A DNA stretch of 64,000 bases from Alphaproteobacteria bacterium (lineage in GTDB: Bacteria > Pseudomonadota > Alphaproteobacteria > MPNO01), in NCBI GenBank assembly GCA_964291675.2, contig OZ219866.1, positions 3,592,461 to 3,656,460 on the forward strand. Reading direction: 5' to 3'. The notes under the pieces were generated by a model that did not search any database, was not told the origin of the DNA, and saw nothing but the letters and a program-made list of their open reading frames with translations. Both the position numbers and the translations under genes were made by a program. Shown here piece by piece: positions 30,163 to 40,600 of the stretch (the first letter of the stretch is position 1; each line of letters starts with the position of its first letter).

Positions 30163-30172
30163 GGCGACGATC

Positions 30173-30214
30173 GTGATCGTCGTGGACACGCAAATCGTAG
30201 AAAACGCTCAGTAA
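30173..30214 (+). pseudogene. Truncated VapC/FitB PIN toxin (only MIVVDT remains)
   Basis: GTG ATC GTC GTG GAC ACG matches a PIN-domain start directly after fitA; unrelated AT-richer sequence and a stop follow. Confidence 0.65.
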
Positions 30215-30617
30215 CGCCGTAAGTTACCGTTATACCGTAGTTTATTCGACCTTCCTGCTGGACTGATTCCAGCCCCGTAAGCATCCAGAGAGCGATCTGA
30301 CTCCGAAACCGCGCGCCGCGGTGAACGCGTATGCCGCGGGCGTGGAGGACTCCTCCCAATTCCGGAATTTCTCCGCCGCACTGACCTGGGCCGGGGCCTT
30401 CGCGGACGCGGCAGGCGGGCGCCGGACGGGCTGACGACGGCCTCCAGTCGCGCGGTGCCGGCGCTGTCGTGCGGGAGCGCGCGCATTGGTCCGGACGGCG
30501 GGAGGTCGCCGGATTTCTCCTTACCGTGCGCTTTGCAAACCCAGGCGGCGCCTCCTACGGTCGCTGCGTCGGTGCGCGGCAGCTCCGGCACATCCGGCAA
30601 TCGGACGGGGGGGTAGC

Positions 30618-30836
30618 ATGGGCAACGACGACAGAGGCTTTTTCGATACCCGGCGCGCTGCGATCTACCTCGGCCTCTCGCACCGTACGCTGGACGGTTA
30701 CCGCGTGAGCGGCGACGGGCCTGCTTTCCACCGCTTCGGGAACCGGGTGCGCTATTGCAGGTCGGATCTCGACGCGTGGGCTGCGAAGCGCAGGGCGACC
30801 ACCACGGCGGAGGCCGACAGGCTCAGCGCGGCATAA
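30618..30836 (+). CDS. Excisionase/AlpA-like helix-turn-helix protein
   Basis: TRRAAIYLGLSHRTL...GPAFHRFGNRVRY...DLDAW pattern. Confidence 0.85.
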   Translation: MGNDDRGFFDTRRAAIYLGLSHRTLDGYRVSGDGPAFHRFGNRVRYCRSDLDAWAAKRRATTTAEADRLSAA

Positions 30837-31162
30837 GCGCGGATGCGATCGTGGGCAATGTGTCCGCGTGACCGTTCGTGCGAATGATCTTAGGGCAGAA
30901 GTCGAGGCGATTCCTCGCTTTGGGCATCCGGCGTCCCTGTCTGGTTGCTTCGTATGTTCCCGGCCCCAAAATTCCCGACGTGAACGGGAGATTCGTGTAG
31001 ACACGGTCTTACGGCCAGAGTTCCCGGCAGTAATCGGCACCGAACTTCAAGCCGACTACCAGTGAATTCATCGCAAGCGGCCCCGTTCAATGCGCCGCGT
31101 GTTACGTCGTAGATTTGCACAAGGTAGCATAAGCATCTTTCCGACGGCTCTTGGGAGGTATC

Positions 31163-31882
31163 GTGGAGATCGAAGTACTCGAATGCGACTGGGGCGTGGC
31201 GCGGCGCGATGACATCCGGGTACTGTTGATGGACGTCGCATCGCACATCGTACGCGAGCTGCGAGATCCGCTCGACGAAACGATTCGCGTCATGAACCTG
31301 CCCGGGGAACCCCCGAGAGCCTTCTTCAGGAGACCGGGCGATACCGCCTACGAAGTGAACCTCACGGCGAAGGATCGGAAGTGGAGTCAATTCGCCTACC
31401 AGTTCGGGCACGAGTCTTGCCATGTCCTTTCGGGACACGACAAGTTGCGATGCGGTCCGAACAACTGGTTCCATGAGTCGCTCTGCGAGCTCTCCTCGTT
31501 CTTCGTGCTTCGCCGGATGGCAGAACGCTGGCCAACCGATCCGCCGTACTCCACGTGGGCAGGCTACTCTGCGTCGCTGGCCGACTACGCTGAGTCTACG
31601 GCGAGCAAGTACAGTGAAGCCGCGCCGACCGGCTCTTTTCACGCATGGTTGTTCGCGAACGAAATCCACATGCGAGATGACCCCTATCTTCGCGAACGGA
31701 ACGGCGTCGTGGCTCTCAGGCTTCTCCCGTTGTTCGAGGAGACCCCGCAAGGGTGGAACGCCGTAAGGCATCTTCCGGTGTCCACGGGGATGATCGGTGA
31801 ATACATCGAGGCGTGGAGGGCCGACGTGCAAGCTGTCGACCGCCTGTTCGTCGAACGTGTCGGCGAAGCCTTAGCAGACTAA
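31163..31882 (+). CDS. Hypothetical HEXXH zinc-metallopeptidase-like protein
   Basis: QFGHESCH followed by WFHESLCE; GGGAGG RBS before GTG 31163. Confidence 0.7.
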   Translation: MEIEVLECDWGVARRDDIRVLLMDVASHIVRELRDPLDETIRVMNLPGEPPRAFFRRPGDTAYEVNLTAKDRKWSQFAYQFGHESCHVLSGHDKLRCGPNNWFHESLCELSSFFVLRRMAERWPTDPPYSTWAGYSASLADYAESTASKYSEAAPTGSFHAWLFANEIHMRDDPYLRERNGVVALRLLPLFEETPQGWNAVRHLPVSTGMIGEYIEAWRADVQAVDRLFVERVGEALAD

Positions 31883-32282
31883 AAAGTTCCGGTCGTAGGA
31901 TCATGTTTGAGTGAATGGAACTCGAACACGTGCACCTCCAAGACGAGGAGATTGCCGCCGTCGAAGTCTGGGGAGCCGTCGCGTCCCCGGACTGTGAAAG
32001 GCCAATCGGGATTGTGCCGCACACCTCGAGGCCCGGGGGTGGCGACTCGTTCCTGAACTGCATTGACGGTTCGGCGGCTTCCGACTTCTGCCCGCCCCCC
32101 CGAGGGCTGAAGCTCAGCTCTTAGCGTGAATATCTACACGAATGTTGTCGTACCCGTACAAGTTGAAACGAGTCTTGGCAGAGTTTGATCCGATTGGCGA
32201 GGCGCGGCCTCGCGATGCCTGATTCTCGCGGCGGTCTGGTTCGGAAGGGGCGCGTTCTCTGGACACGGGCAAACCCGTCCAT

Positions 32283-33305
32283 CTACTGAGTGACCAAGGA
32301 GAACACGAACCGCACCTGCAGAAAGTCGTCGGGGCCAGTTTCCAGCAGCTCACCGCGTTCGGAGAGGGTCAGTTGAGCAATTCGTTCGTGCGCAAGCGTG
32401 TCGAACCCGAGCGGAAGGCGTGCATTCGGATTGTGGATGACGTAGAGGCCGTCAAGGAGATGTTCGGTGTATTCGGACTTGGGTGTTCTTCGGACGCGCG
32501 GTTCGATGGAGTCGGGATTGGGGTGGACGGTCGTGAACACGAGATGGTCGACTGGGTCTTCGGCGAGCGCACGGATCTTCCCCATACCGGCGATAGGACT
32601 GTAAATCACGGCGCTGACGTGAGCATAGCGGTCGTCGCAGAAGAAACCGACCGGCAGGTCAACCGAATCGGACTTTGGAACTGTTGACAACGGATAGCGG
32701 ATGACACGAGAGGACCGCGTCGCCATGCTCTGTTCTTCGTCAAAGTAGAGACCGAACAGGGCGGCGATGATCGGACGATTGTGCGCAAGCTGTGCGGCGG
32801 GTCGGTCGAAGGGCGCGAGCGCGATCACGAACGGTTTGTCCTTGACGTGGGCAAGCGTCGAGTGCCTATGGAGGTAGAGGTCGGATTTCGCGGTGAAGCG
32901 ACTGCTGATCCGCACGATGGAATCTCGGTTGAACTCGTTGAGATCGACCGGAATCTCCGGCGGGCCCTCGCCAAATGCCGGCGGGCCGCCGGCGGGGGGC
33001 TGGGCGACGGTAGCTTCGACACACAGGTCGACTCCACGCAGGCTGGCCACGAAGTCGGGTCGGGAGTGCTTGAACTCGACGCCGCCGCCGAGCTCTCGGA
33101 TGCAAGCGTGCACGTACAGCTCCCACATCGACGACTCGAAAGTGGTCTGGAACTCCTTGACGAACTTACCGTCGCGATCGACGAATCCTTGGCTCCAGTC
33201 GCGCAGCACGTCTCGCTCGGCGGCCTGTCGAGGGCCGCAAAGCCGACGGAAGATCGGATGCTGCTGCTGATCTTCGATCACTGGCGAAAACAGATCCACA
33301 GTCAC
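32283..33305 (-). CDS. Putative PD-(D/E)xK nuclease-fold protein
   Basis: FVKEFQTTFESSMWELY followed by RPDF...VEAT; lower GC than the host genes. Confidence 0.65.
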   Translation of the reverse strand: MTVDLFSPVIEDQQQHPIFRRLCGPRQAAERDVLRDWSQGFVDRDGKFVKEFQTTFESSMWELYVHACIRELGGGVEFKHSRPDFVASLRGVDLCVEATVAQPPAGGPPAFGEGPPEIPVDLNEFNRDSIVRISSRFTAKSDLYLHRHSTLAHVKDKPFVIALAPFDRPAAQLAHNRPIIAALFGLYFDEEQSMATRSSRVIRYPLSTVPKSDSVDLPVGFFCDDRYAHVSAVIYSPIAGMGKIRALAEDPVDHLVFTTVHPNPDSIEPRVRRTPKSEYTEHLLDGLYVIHNPNARLPLGFDTLAHERIAQLTLSERGELLETGPDDFLQVRFVFSLVTQ

Positions 33306-33615
33306 TAACCTCTCCGCTCTACCGTTGGCCTAGCACCATTGATCGACACAGGGCCTGTTTGCAAGCCACCAACCTGATTACGTAAAGGTGATACCTGTGG
33401 CGAACCGACAAGGTTACGGCTCCGCGACGGTGCTCGGCTGCGATGTTCTCGTCGGACCGGCACGTTGTGAGCTGCTCCGGGACGCAAACGTCGTGAGTGG
33501 GTCCGCGGGCGTCGGACAAAGTGCCATTCACAGGCGACAACCGAACACGAACTGAGTGGTTTAGCCATTTCCTCGAGACAGAGACGTAATCAGGCGATTT
33601 CGTTCTTCGCGATTT

Positions 33616-34269
33616 CTAGTGACCGCGGGCCATTGGCTTGTGTTGCGCGAGGGCCCATCCCCGGTTCTCTGGCCAAGCTACGCCCTGATAGGCCACATCC
33701 AGCTCCTTCGCCGTAGGCAAGAAGCACTTTTCGTCAACGGTTCGAATATCTCCATAGAGTTGCGAGAGAAAATTCCTGTCAACACAGCGAAACACTAGGG
33801 AGAGAGGTTCCGTTGCATTTTCGTGTTTGCATTTGCAGTCCTTGAGCCTGCTCAGGCATTTGGAGCATCTCATGAACTCACGAATTGATTTTAGTGCAGT
33901 TGTCGTTGGAGTATATAGAAGATATTGTCTGAAGGGCTGTACCTGTGCATGGCCAAATCCATTGCGATAGATCACTAACCGTTCAATAGCATCGTGTATT
34001 TTCGTATCCGCTTTCCATTTTGGCCAAGCGGACAAGAATTCGTTCTTGATTCTGCCGAAAGTAAGACGACCGATTTCGAGTCTTCGTCTCGCAAATTCCG
34101 GTGGATGATTGCTCGCTCCGTACGCCTTGTTGTAATTCGCCCGTAGAGCGCAGCTACCTTCGTGTAGGACCAACAAATCCCGCATTGTGCTTTCGACCCA
34201 ACACAGAAACATGAAGCACTCGCCTGCGGACTGCAGATGGTTATCCGTTTCTACCCGCTTAGATGGCAT
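33616..34269 (-). CDS. Hypothetical protein with HEPN-like RxxxxH motif and Cys cluster
   Basis: Low GC; helical N-terminus with VE; RNGFGH; CSKC...CKC. Confidence 0.6.
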   Translation of the reverse strand: MPSKRVETDNHLQSAGECFMFLCWVESTMRDLLVLHEGSCALRANYNKAYGASNHPPEFARRRLEIGRLTFGRIKNEFLSAWPKWKADTKIHDAIERLVIYRNGFGHAQVQPFRQYLLYTPTTTALKSIREFMRCSKCLSRLKDCKCKHENATEPLSLVFRCVDRNFLSQLYGDIRTVDEKCFLPTAKELDVAYQGVAWPENRGWALAQHKPMARGH

Positions 34270-34695
34270 GTCAAAGGGACTCCTAGTTGGAAAGGTTCTT
34301 CATGATCACGTGCCAAGCTCATCCGGATCACCACCCCGGAGGATGTTCGACGACGATCTCGTCGGAACCGCGCGGTTCCGGCACTTGAACGACGGTTGCC
34401 GTCGACACCGTAAGCGGGCGGATACCGGGTGGTGCATCAGCCGCGCGCACTGGCCCGCAGCGTCGTCGTCGGAGCAATCCTGCGTCTCGCCATATAAGGA
34501 TTCCCGCGCGCGAGGGAGCCGATGTCTGCCGCTGCTCTGCGCAGGCGTTCGCGCCGGTGGCGAATTTCAACGTTTCTCCCCAACTCCTCCCTGCCACAAA
34601 CGCCCCGGACCCCCGGGTGGGCCTGGCGATGGTGCGCATCTGCGGCATGGGCGTTGCCGGGGCGAGCGGCAAGACGCGGGCCGGTTGGGCCGACT

Positions 34696-34971
34696 CTAGC
34701 CGTTGACCGCGTCGCGGAGGGCCTTCGCCGCCTTGAACGAAGGCGCCTTCGAGGCCGCGATGTCGACGGGCTCTCCGGTTCGGGGATTGCGGGCCGTTCG
34801 CGCCGCCCGGATGCGGGTCGTGAATTTCCCGAACCCCGCGATGGTCACCGGCTCGTCGTTCGCCAGGGCGTCGGCGATGGTGGAGAACACGGCGGCGACC
34901 GTGCGCTCGGCGGAGGCCCTGGTCACCGACGTCTCGGCGGCAATACGCGCGGCGAGTTCGTTCCTGGTCAT
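34696..34971 (-). CDS. hup: HU-family DNA-binding protein
   Basis: GFGKF...RAARTARNPRTGE...PSFKAAKALRDAV. Confidence 0.93.
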   Translation of the reverse strand: MTRNELAARIAAETSVTRASAERTVAAVFSTIADALANDEPVTIAGFGKFTTRIRAARTARNPRTGEPVDIAASKAPSFKAAKALRDAVNG

Positions 34972-36042
34972 TTTCGATTCCCCTGGACTTCGATCTCAGT
35001 GTGGGACACGGCGCGAGCTCGGATCAAGCGCGTCGGCGGCGTGACCATGTCCCAACCGGCATTTGGAACGCTGCCGGACCGAACGGACCTGCTCAAGCTC
35101 GGCCGGGTCTCGCCCGGCAGCGGCGACGCTGGCGTGGGGCGCCACGGGAAGGCAGAGAAGACTCGCGCGTCGCCTGTGCGCCGGAAGCCGCCGAAAGAGG
35201 TCGCGTGCCGGCGAGAGCCCAATGGCCATGGCCGCTTGAATGGCGCAGCGGCCGCCTCACTTCGATCGGTAGAGAAGTTGCGGCCCGCCGAGCCTGATCG
35301 GGACGGCGGTATGTTCCAGAGCAGAAGTCACGTCATCGGCTGTCCCACCGTCGCCCGGACGCGAAGGACCGGAAAGGCGGCGGGGCCACCCACCCCCGAC
35401 GAGCGTTCGCTCGCAATCGCGCCGGACAGGTTGAGGAGCGCCGGGCGCACTGTACAGAAGGTGCGCCCGGCAGAGTCCGCGCCCATCCCCACGGAAGTGT
35501 ATCTGGCGCCGGCGGGAAGGCCGGCCGTACGGTCCGCCCCTCAGGCGACATGGTGCGCCACGGCGCCGGGAAAGATCGAACCGCGAAGCGGCCGACGGCG
35601 GCCGGGCGCATGCGGCACGGGCATGAATTTGGTGCGCAAAGGCATTTTCTTCCCGCTTGCGATGGCGGTAGTGGAATCGGTCCGGCACGCGGTGACGGAA
35701 GGGTCCGCCGCGGGAGGCGGGACCATGAGGGTAGAGCGAACGAGCGAGACGCGGTCGTACGGGGCCGCCCGGCCGCCTCCGGACCTGCGGCGGCGGGGTC
35801 CCGCGAGCGGTTCTCCGGCCCGCGCGGAGGCGGCGGCAAGTGCGCCCCGGGCCCGGGGACGGCCCCGTGAGACGGCCTGGCGCGGAGCGCCGGGATGGGG
35901 CACGGAGCGGCGCGCGCGGGGCGGTGAAGGGACCGTCGGCACCCGGTGCGTACCGGACGGCCTTCCGGGGCCGGATAGTCCAGCAATACCAAGAAGTTAC
36001 AGCGAAGGACAGGCGTCGCGGGGCGGGTCTGCCGGGGGCCGT

Positions 36043-36076
36043 TTGGCTCGCGATAACTATTGTTATCAGGAGCCAA
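36043..36076. other. lox-like recombination site A: TTGGCTCGCGATAAC-TATT-GTTATCAGGAGCCAA
   Basis: 15-bp arms with 2 mismatches; arm core identical to the site at 37368. Confidence 0.75.
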
Positions 36077-36360
36077 CCCGCCAATTCCACCGTTTCCGAC
36101 GGGCGGCCCCGAGGCCGCCCGGTCACGCGGCGGCAATCCTAGTTACCCTCGAAATCAATTGCAACCTGCTGGATTGTCAACGGGTTATCCGCGTCGGAGC
36201 GCCAGCGCGGCGCCATCCGGGCCCTCGGCGCGTGGACACCGGCCCAGCGCCAAGCGGCGAATTTGGCTCGCGATAACACTTTGTGGAAAACCGCCCCCTT
36301 GCACCGGTTCGGGACGGATCGACGCCAGCGGGGCAGGCCCCATCATAAGCCATCGCGCAC

Positions 36361-37332
36361 TCACGCACGACGCTGAAGACGCGCGAGCTGCGCCGCCCCG
36401 CTGCGCCGCGCCAGGAGCCGCTCGCCGTAGCGGTGCACCATCGCCGTCGTCTTCCAGCGCCCCGCGTCCAGGATGGCCGGCATCCCGATGCCTTCGGCCA
36501 CCATGTCCTGCGCCGCGCCCACCCGGGTGCTGTGCCCGGAGATGCGCGCGACAACGTCGCCCGGCAGCCCCGCGCGCTCGGCCATCGTCTTGAAGATGCG
36601 CGGCACCTGGCTCGCGTCGAGCCGCTCGCCGAGCGCGCCGCGGTTGAGCGAGCGGAACACCCTCCCCCCGGTCACACCGCTCCGCTCGCACCATGCGCGC
36701 ACCAGCGCCACACTGTCGGGGGCGAGGTACAGGGTTGCGCCGCACCCCTCCGCGTCGGTCTTTGAGCGGCGCACCAGCACCGTCCCCGAGCCGTCCGCAT
36801 CCACCACGATATCAGACACTTGCAGCGCGACGAGCTCGCCCCGGCGCAGCAGCGTGTCGTAGGCGACGGCGAGCAGGGCGCGGTTGCGCGCGTCGATGAG
36901 CGTGTCGCCGGTGGCGCCCATCAGGCGCTCGAGCAGCGCCCAGTTGAGCCCCTCGGCCTGCGCCTGGCGCCGCCCCTTGCGCCGGTGCATGCGCGCGAGC
37001 GCGCGGCGCACCGGCTCGCTTCGCGTCGTCTTCTCGAACCCCACCGCGCGGTGCGCGGCCGCGATGCTCGCCACGTAGCGGCGCACCGTCGCGGGCGCGC
37101 GCTCCTTCGCCATGGCGTCGACGAAGGCCGCGACCGTCTTCGGCGCCGCCGGCAGCGCGGTCAGTCCATGCGCCCCGCACCAGTCCTCGTAGATGGCGAG
37201 GTCCGAGCGCATCGCCCGCTCGGTGTTGTCGGCGAGCGCCCCGCGCGCGGACGCCGCGCAAGCGGTCCGCGGGCTCCGCTCGACGCAGCTTGCGCTCGTC
37301 TGCGCCGGCCGGTTCAGCGGTTCGACAAGCAT
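36361..37332 (-). CDS. Cre-like tyrosine recombinase
   Basis: SAM-like N-terminal domain; catalytic LLRRGE, RSKTD, SGHSTRVG, GRWK and HRY (Trp in place of the second His, as in Cre); GGAGG RBS at 37340-37344. Confidence 0.9.
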   Translation of the reverse strand: MLVEPLNRPAQTSASCVERSPRTACAASARGALADNTERAMRSDLAIYEDWCGAHGLTALPAAPKTVAAFVDAMAKERAPATVRRYVASIAAAHRAVGFEKTTRSEPVRRALARMHRRKGRRQAQAEGLNWALLERLMGATGDTLIDARNRALLAVAYDTLLRRGELVALQVSDIVVDADGSGTVLVRRSKTDAEGCGATLYLAPDSVALVRAWCERSGVTGGRVFRSLNRGALGERLDASQVPRIFKTMAERAGLPGDVVARISGHSTRVGAAQDMVAEGIGMPAILDAGRWKTTAMVHRYGERLLARRSGAAQLARLQRRA

Positions 37333-37367
37333 CGATAAGCCTCCAGGTCCGTGAAACACGGCCCGGA

Positions 37368-37405
37368 GATCGGCTCGCGATAACAATAGTTATCGCGAGC
37401 CGATC
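37368..37405. other. lox-like recombination site C: GATCGGCTCGCGATAAC-AATA-GTTATCGCGAGCCGATC
   Basis: Perfect 17-bp inverted arms just upstream of the recombinase gene. Confidence 0.8.
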
Positions 37406-37690
37406 GACAGCGTCAGGGGGGTGGTCGATGGGCAATCCCGGGGACGGATACGGGTCTTCCTTCCTGCGGTTGGCAGGCAGACCCGGTGCACTCCGCGGCG
37501 GCGTCTCCACAGGCGCGGGTGCGCCGGCGAGGGATGCCGCATGGCGACGTCGAGGGCGTCCATCTCCGGGCATCCATCCGAACCATAGGGCCAGGTCTTT
37601 CCCGGCGCGTCCCCAGTCCTGGGGAGGCGCGCGGGCGCGCGGCTCGGCTGCCGCCTGCGGCTTCGTCGGGGAAATCTTTGTGCGAACGCG

Positions 37691-40600
37691 ATGACGGGGG
37701 GTTCAGTGAGCGTATTCCGGAACGCATTCAATCGCGGCGGTTGCCGGTCGGCGGTCGCGGCGGCATCGGTGAGGTTCGGCTTCGGCGACGGGCCGGTAAC
37801 GGGCGCGGAGGCGCCGGCGGAGGACCGGGCGGCCGCTCCCGAATTCTCCCCGGGCGGGGCCGAGGCGCGCGCGGACCGGCGGGCGCGGAACGCCGGGCCG
37901 GAGTCCGGGGCCGGAGCGGGGCGTCGCCAACGAGGACCGCGCCGGTCGGCCGGGGCATTCGCGGGGCGGGCGAACGCGGGCCGTCGTTCTTCCGACGACG
38001 GGCCGGCCCGCCCGAGGGCGACGCCGGCCGGTGCGCTGGCCACGGCCCGCCGCGCCGGGACGGCCGCGCTGCTGCTGGCCTGTCTCGCGCTGCCGCTCGC
38101 GGCGCTCTTCTCCACGCCGGCCCACGCGCAGACCGAGAAGACGCGGGTCACCAACCACAGCGGGGCCAACGCGACCTCGAACGGCACCGTCGGCGGGCCG
38201 AGCGGGAGCCAGTGGGGCCAAGCGCAGCAGTTCACAACCGGCGCCGGCAGCCACACCCTCGGCTCGGTGGTCGCGCATCTGAGGTCTGTCGGCTCGCAGG
38301 CGGCTGTGAAGGTGAGCATCTACACCTCCACGTCCGGCAACAAGCCCGACACCAGCCTCTACGTGCTGAACAATCCGACGACGATCGCCGCGACGTCGGA
38401 CAACACCTTCACCGCGCCGAACAATGCGACGCTGGCAGCGAACACGAAGTACTTCGTGGTGTTCGAGAACACGGCCATGGGCAGCGGGAGCAGCTACACC
38501 TACAGCGTGCGGCGGACGACCTGGAACTCCGCGACCGCGAATACCGGGTGGAGCATCGCCGACACATCCAGGAGTCGGACCAGTGAGACCGATAACTGGA
38601 CCTCAACCATCAACGATTCCATCAAGATCGCCGTCAAGACGTCCCACAACGCCGCGACGGGCCAGCCGGCGATTTCCGGCACGGCGCAGGTCGGAAACAC
38701 GCTGACGGCCAACAAGGGCACCATCGCGGACTCCGACGGGCTGCCCTCGTTCCCGGGCGGCTTCACCTTCCAGTGGGTGCGCGGCGGCACCAACATCTCG
38801 GGGGCGACGTCGCGCGAATACACGCTGACGGACGACGACCAGGGCAACACCCTCAAGGTGAGGGTCTCCTTTACCGACAATGAGGGGTTTTCCGAGGGAC
38901 CGCTCGAGAGCGTCGCGACGTCGTCGGTCGCGGCGATGCCGGCGAACGGCTGCACGCCGGACGACCTGCGGCTCGTCGGCGGCGACAACGACCGCGAGGG
39001 CGAGGTGGAGATCTGCCACAACAACCAGTGGCGGAACGTGTGCGACGACGATTGGGAGAAGGTGGACGCCAACGTCGCGTGCAAGCAGCTCGGCTACACC
39101 CAGGGCGCCCGGCGGGCCACGATACTCTCCGAGTTCACTACTTTGATCTCCGTCCAATTCTGGCTTGACGATGTCGCGTGCACCGGCAGCGAGACGAAGC
39201 TGGCGGAGTGCGAGCATGCGGGCTGGGGCGTGAACAACTGCACCCACGCCGAACGGGCCGGCGTGGTCTGCAAGGCGAATGCCAACGTCGCCGCCACGGG
39301 CCAGCCGGCGATATCCGGCACGGCCGTCACCGGCGAGGACCTGACGGCGTCGACCGACGGGATCTCGGACGACAACGGCAACACCAAGGCGGAGGACGGC
39401 GATACCGGCTTCGCCTACACCTACCAGTGGTTCCGGGTCGATTCCGACGGCACCTCGAACAAGACCCAGATCACGGGCGAGACGGCATCGACCTACACCC
39501 TGGTCGCGGCCGACGTGGGCAAGAAGGTCATCGTGGAGGTGAGCTTCACCGACGACGAGAGCAACGCCGAGGGGCCGCTCGCGAGCGACGCCTATCCCGC
39601 CGGGACCGGCACGGTCGAGTCGGCCGACTCGACGCCGCCGGAGGTGGACTCGGCGACGGTGGACGGCACGTCGCTGGCGATCACCTTCAACGAGGACCTC
39701 GCCGCCGCGGCCAACCTCGCGAACGATGCCTTCGAGGTGAAGCGGACGCCGCCGGGCGAGGCCGAGGAGACGGTGACGCTCACCGGCTCGCCGGCGATCA
39801 GCGGCATGACCGTGACGCTGACGCTGGATGCCGCGGTGATTGCGGGCGACGCGGTGACGGTGGGCTACACCAAGCCGACCTCGGGCACCGACAACGTGCT
39901 CGAGGACGCGGCGGGCAACGAGGTGGCGGATTTCACGGAGACGGTCACGAACGACACCGAGGTCGTCAACAACCCCGCGACGGGTGTGGCCATCGACGGC
40001 CCGGCGCAGGTGGGCATGACGCTGACGGCGGACACCTCCGGCATCGAGGACGCCGACGGTCTGACCGGCGCGACGTTCGAATACCAGTGGTTCAGCGGCG
40101 GCACCGAAATCCCGGGCGAGACCGGGTCCACCTACACGGTGCGGCCCGCGGACGTCCTCAAGCGGATCAAGCTGCGGGTGACGTTCAAGGACGACGCCGG
40201 CAACGACGAGGCGCCGGAGAGCCCCGCCATAGCGCCGGCCGTGCCGGCGGCGGCCGACCACTGCGACTCCCTGACCGTCTGGTGCGCCACGCTGACCGCG
40301 GGTGCAGACGATGCAATTCTTGACGACGCTGGCAGACTACTAGACGCTGACGAAACGGGTTACCTGCGCGCTACGCGTTCCGGGCGTGGCAGGGCGCCTG
40401 CGGTTCCGCGGCGCATCCGGCGAAGACTCTTGGCGGACGTCATCGAACCATTCGAGGAGCAGAAGGCAGAACGTGGCGAGTCTGACTGGAACGATGTCGC
40501 TATCGAAGCCGCAGCTACGCATAGCCATGGCTACGATGTGGTCGTGGTCGATGAAGCCCAGGACCTCTCAGCAAACCAAGTAAGAACCATCCTCGCGCAC

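Noticed and set aside
34522-36276. 584-aa ORF and overlapping ORFs between hup and site A
   Set aside because: Low-complexity translations without motifs or codon bias; probably non-coding, though an unrecognised gene or RNA cannot be excluded
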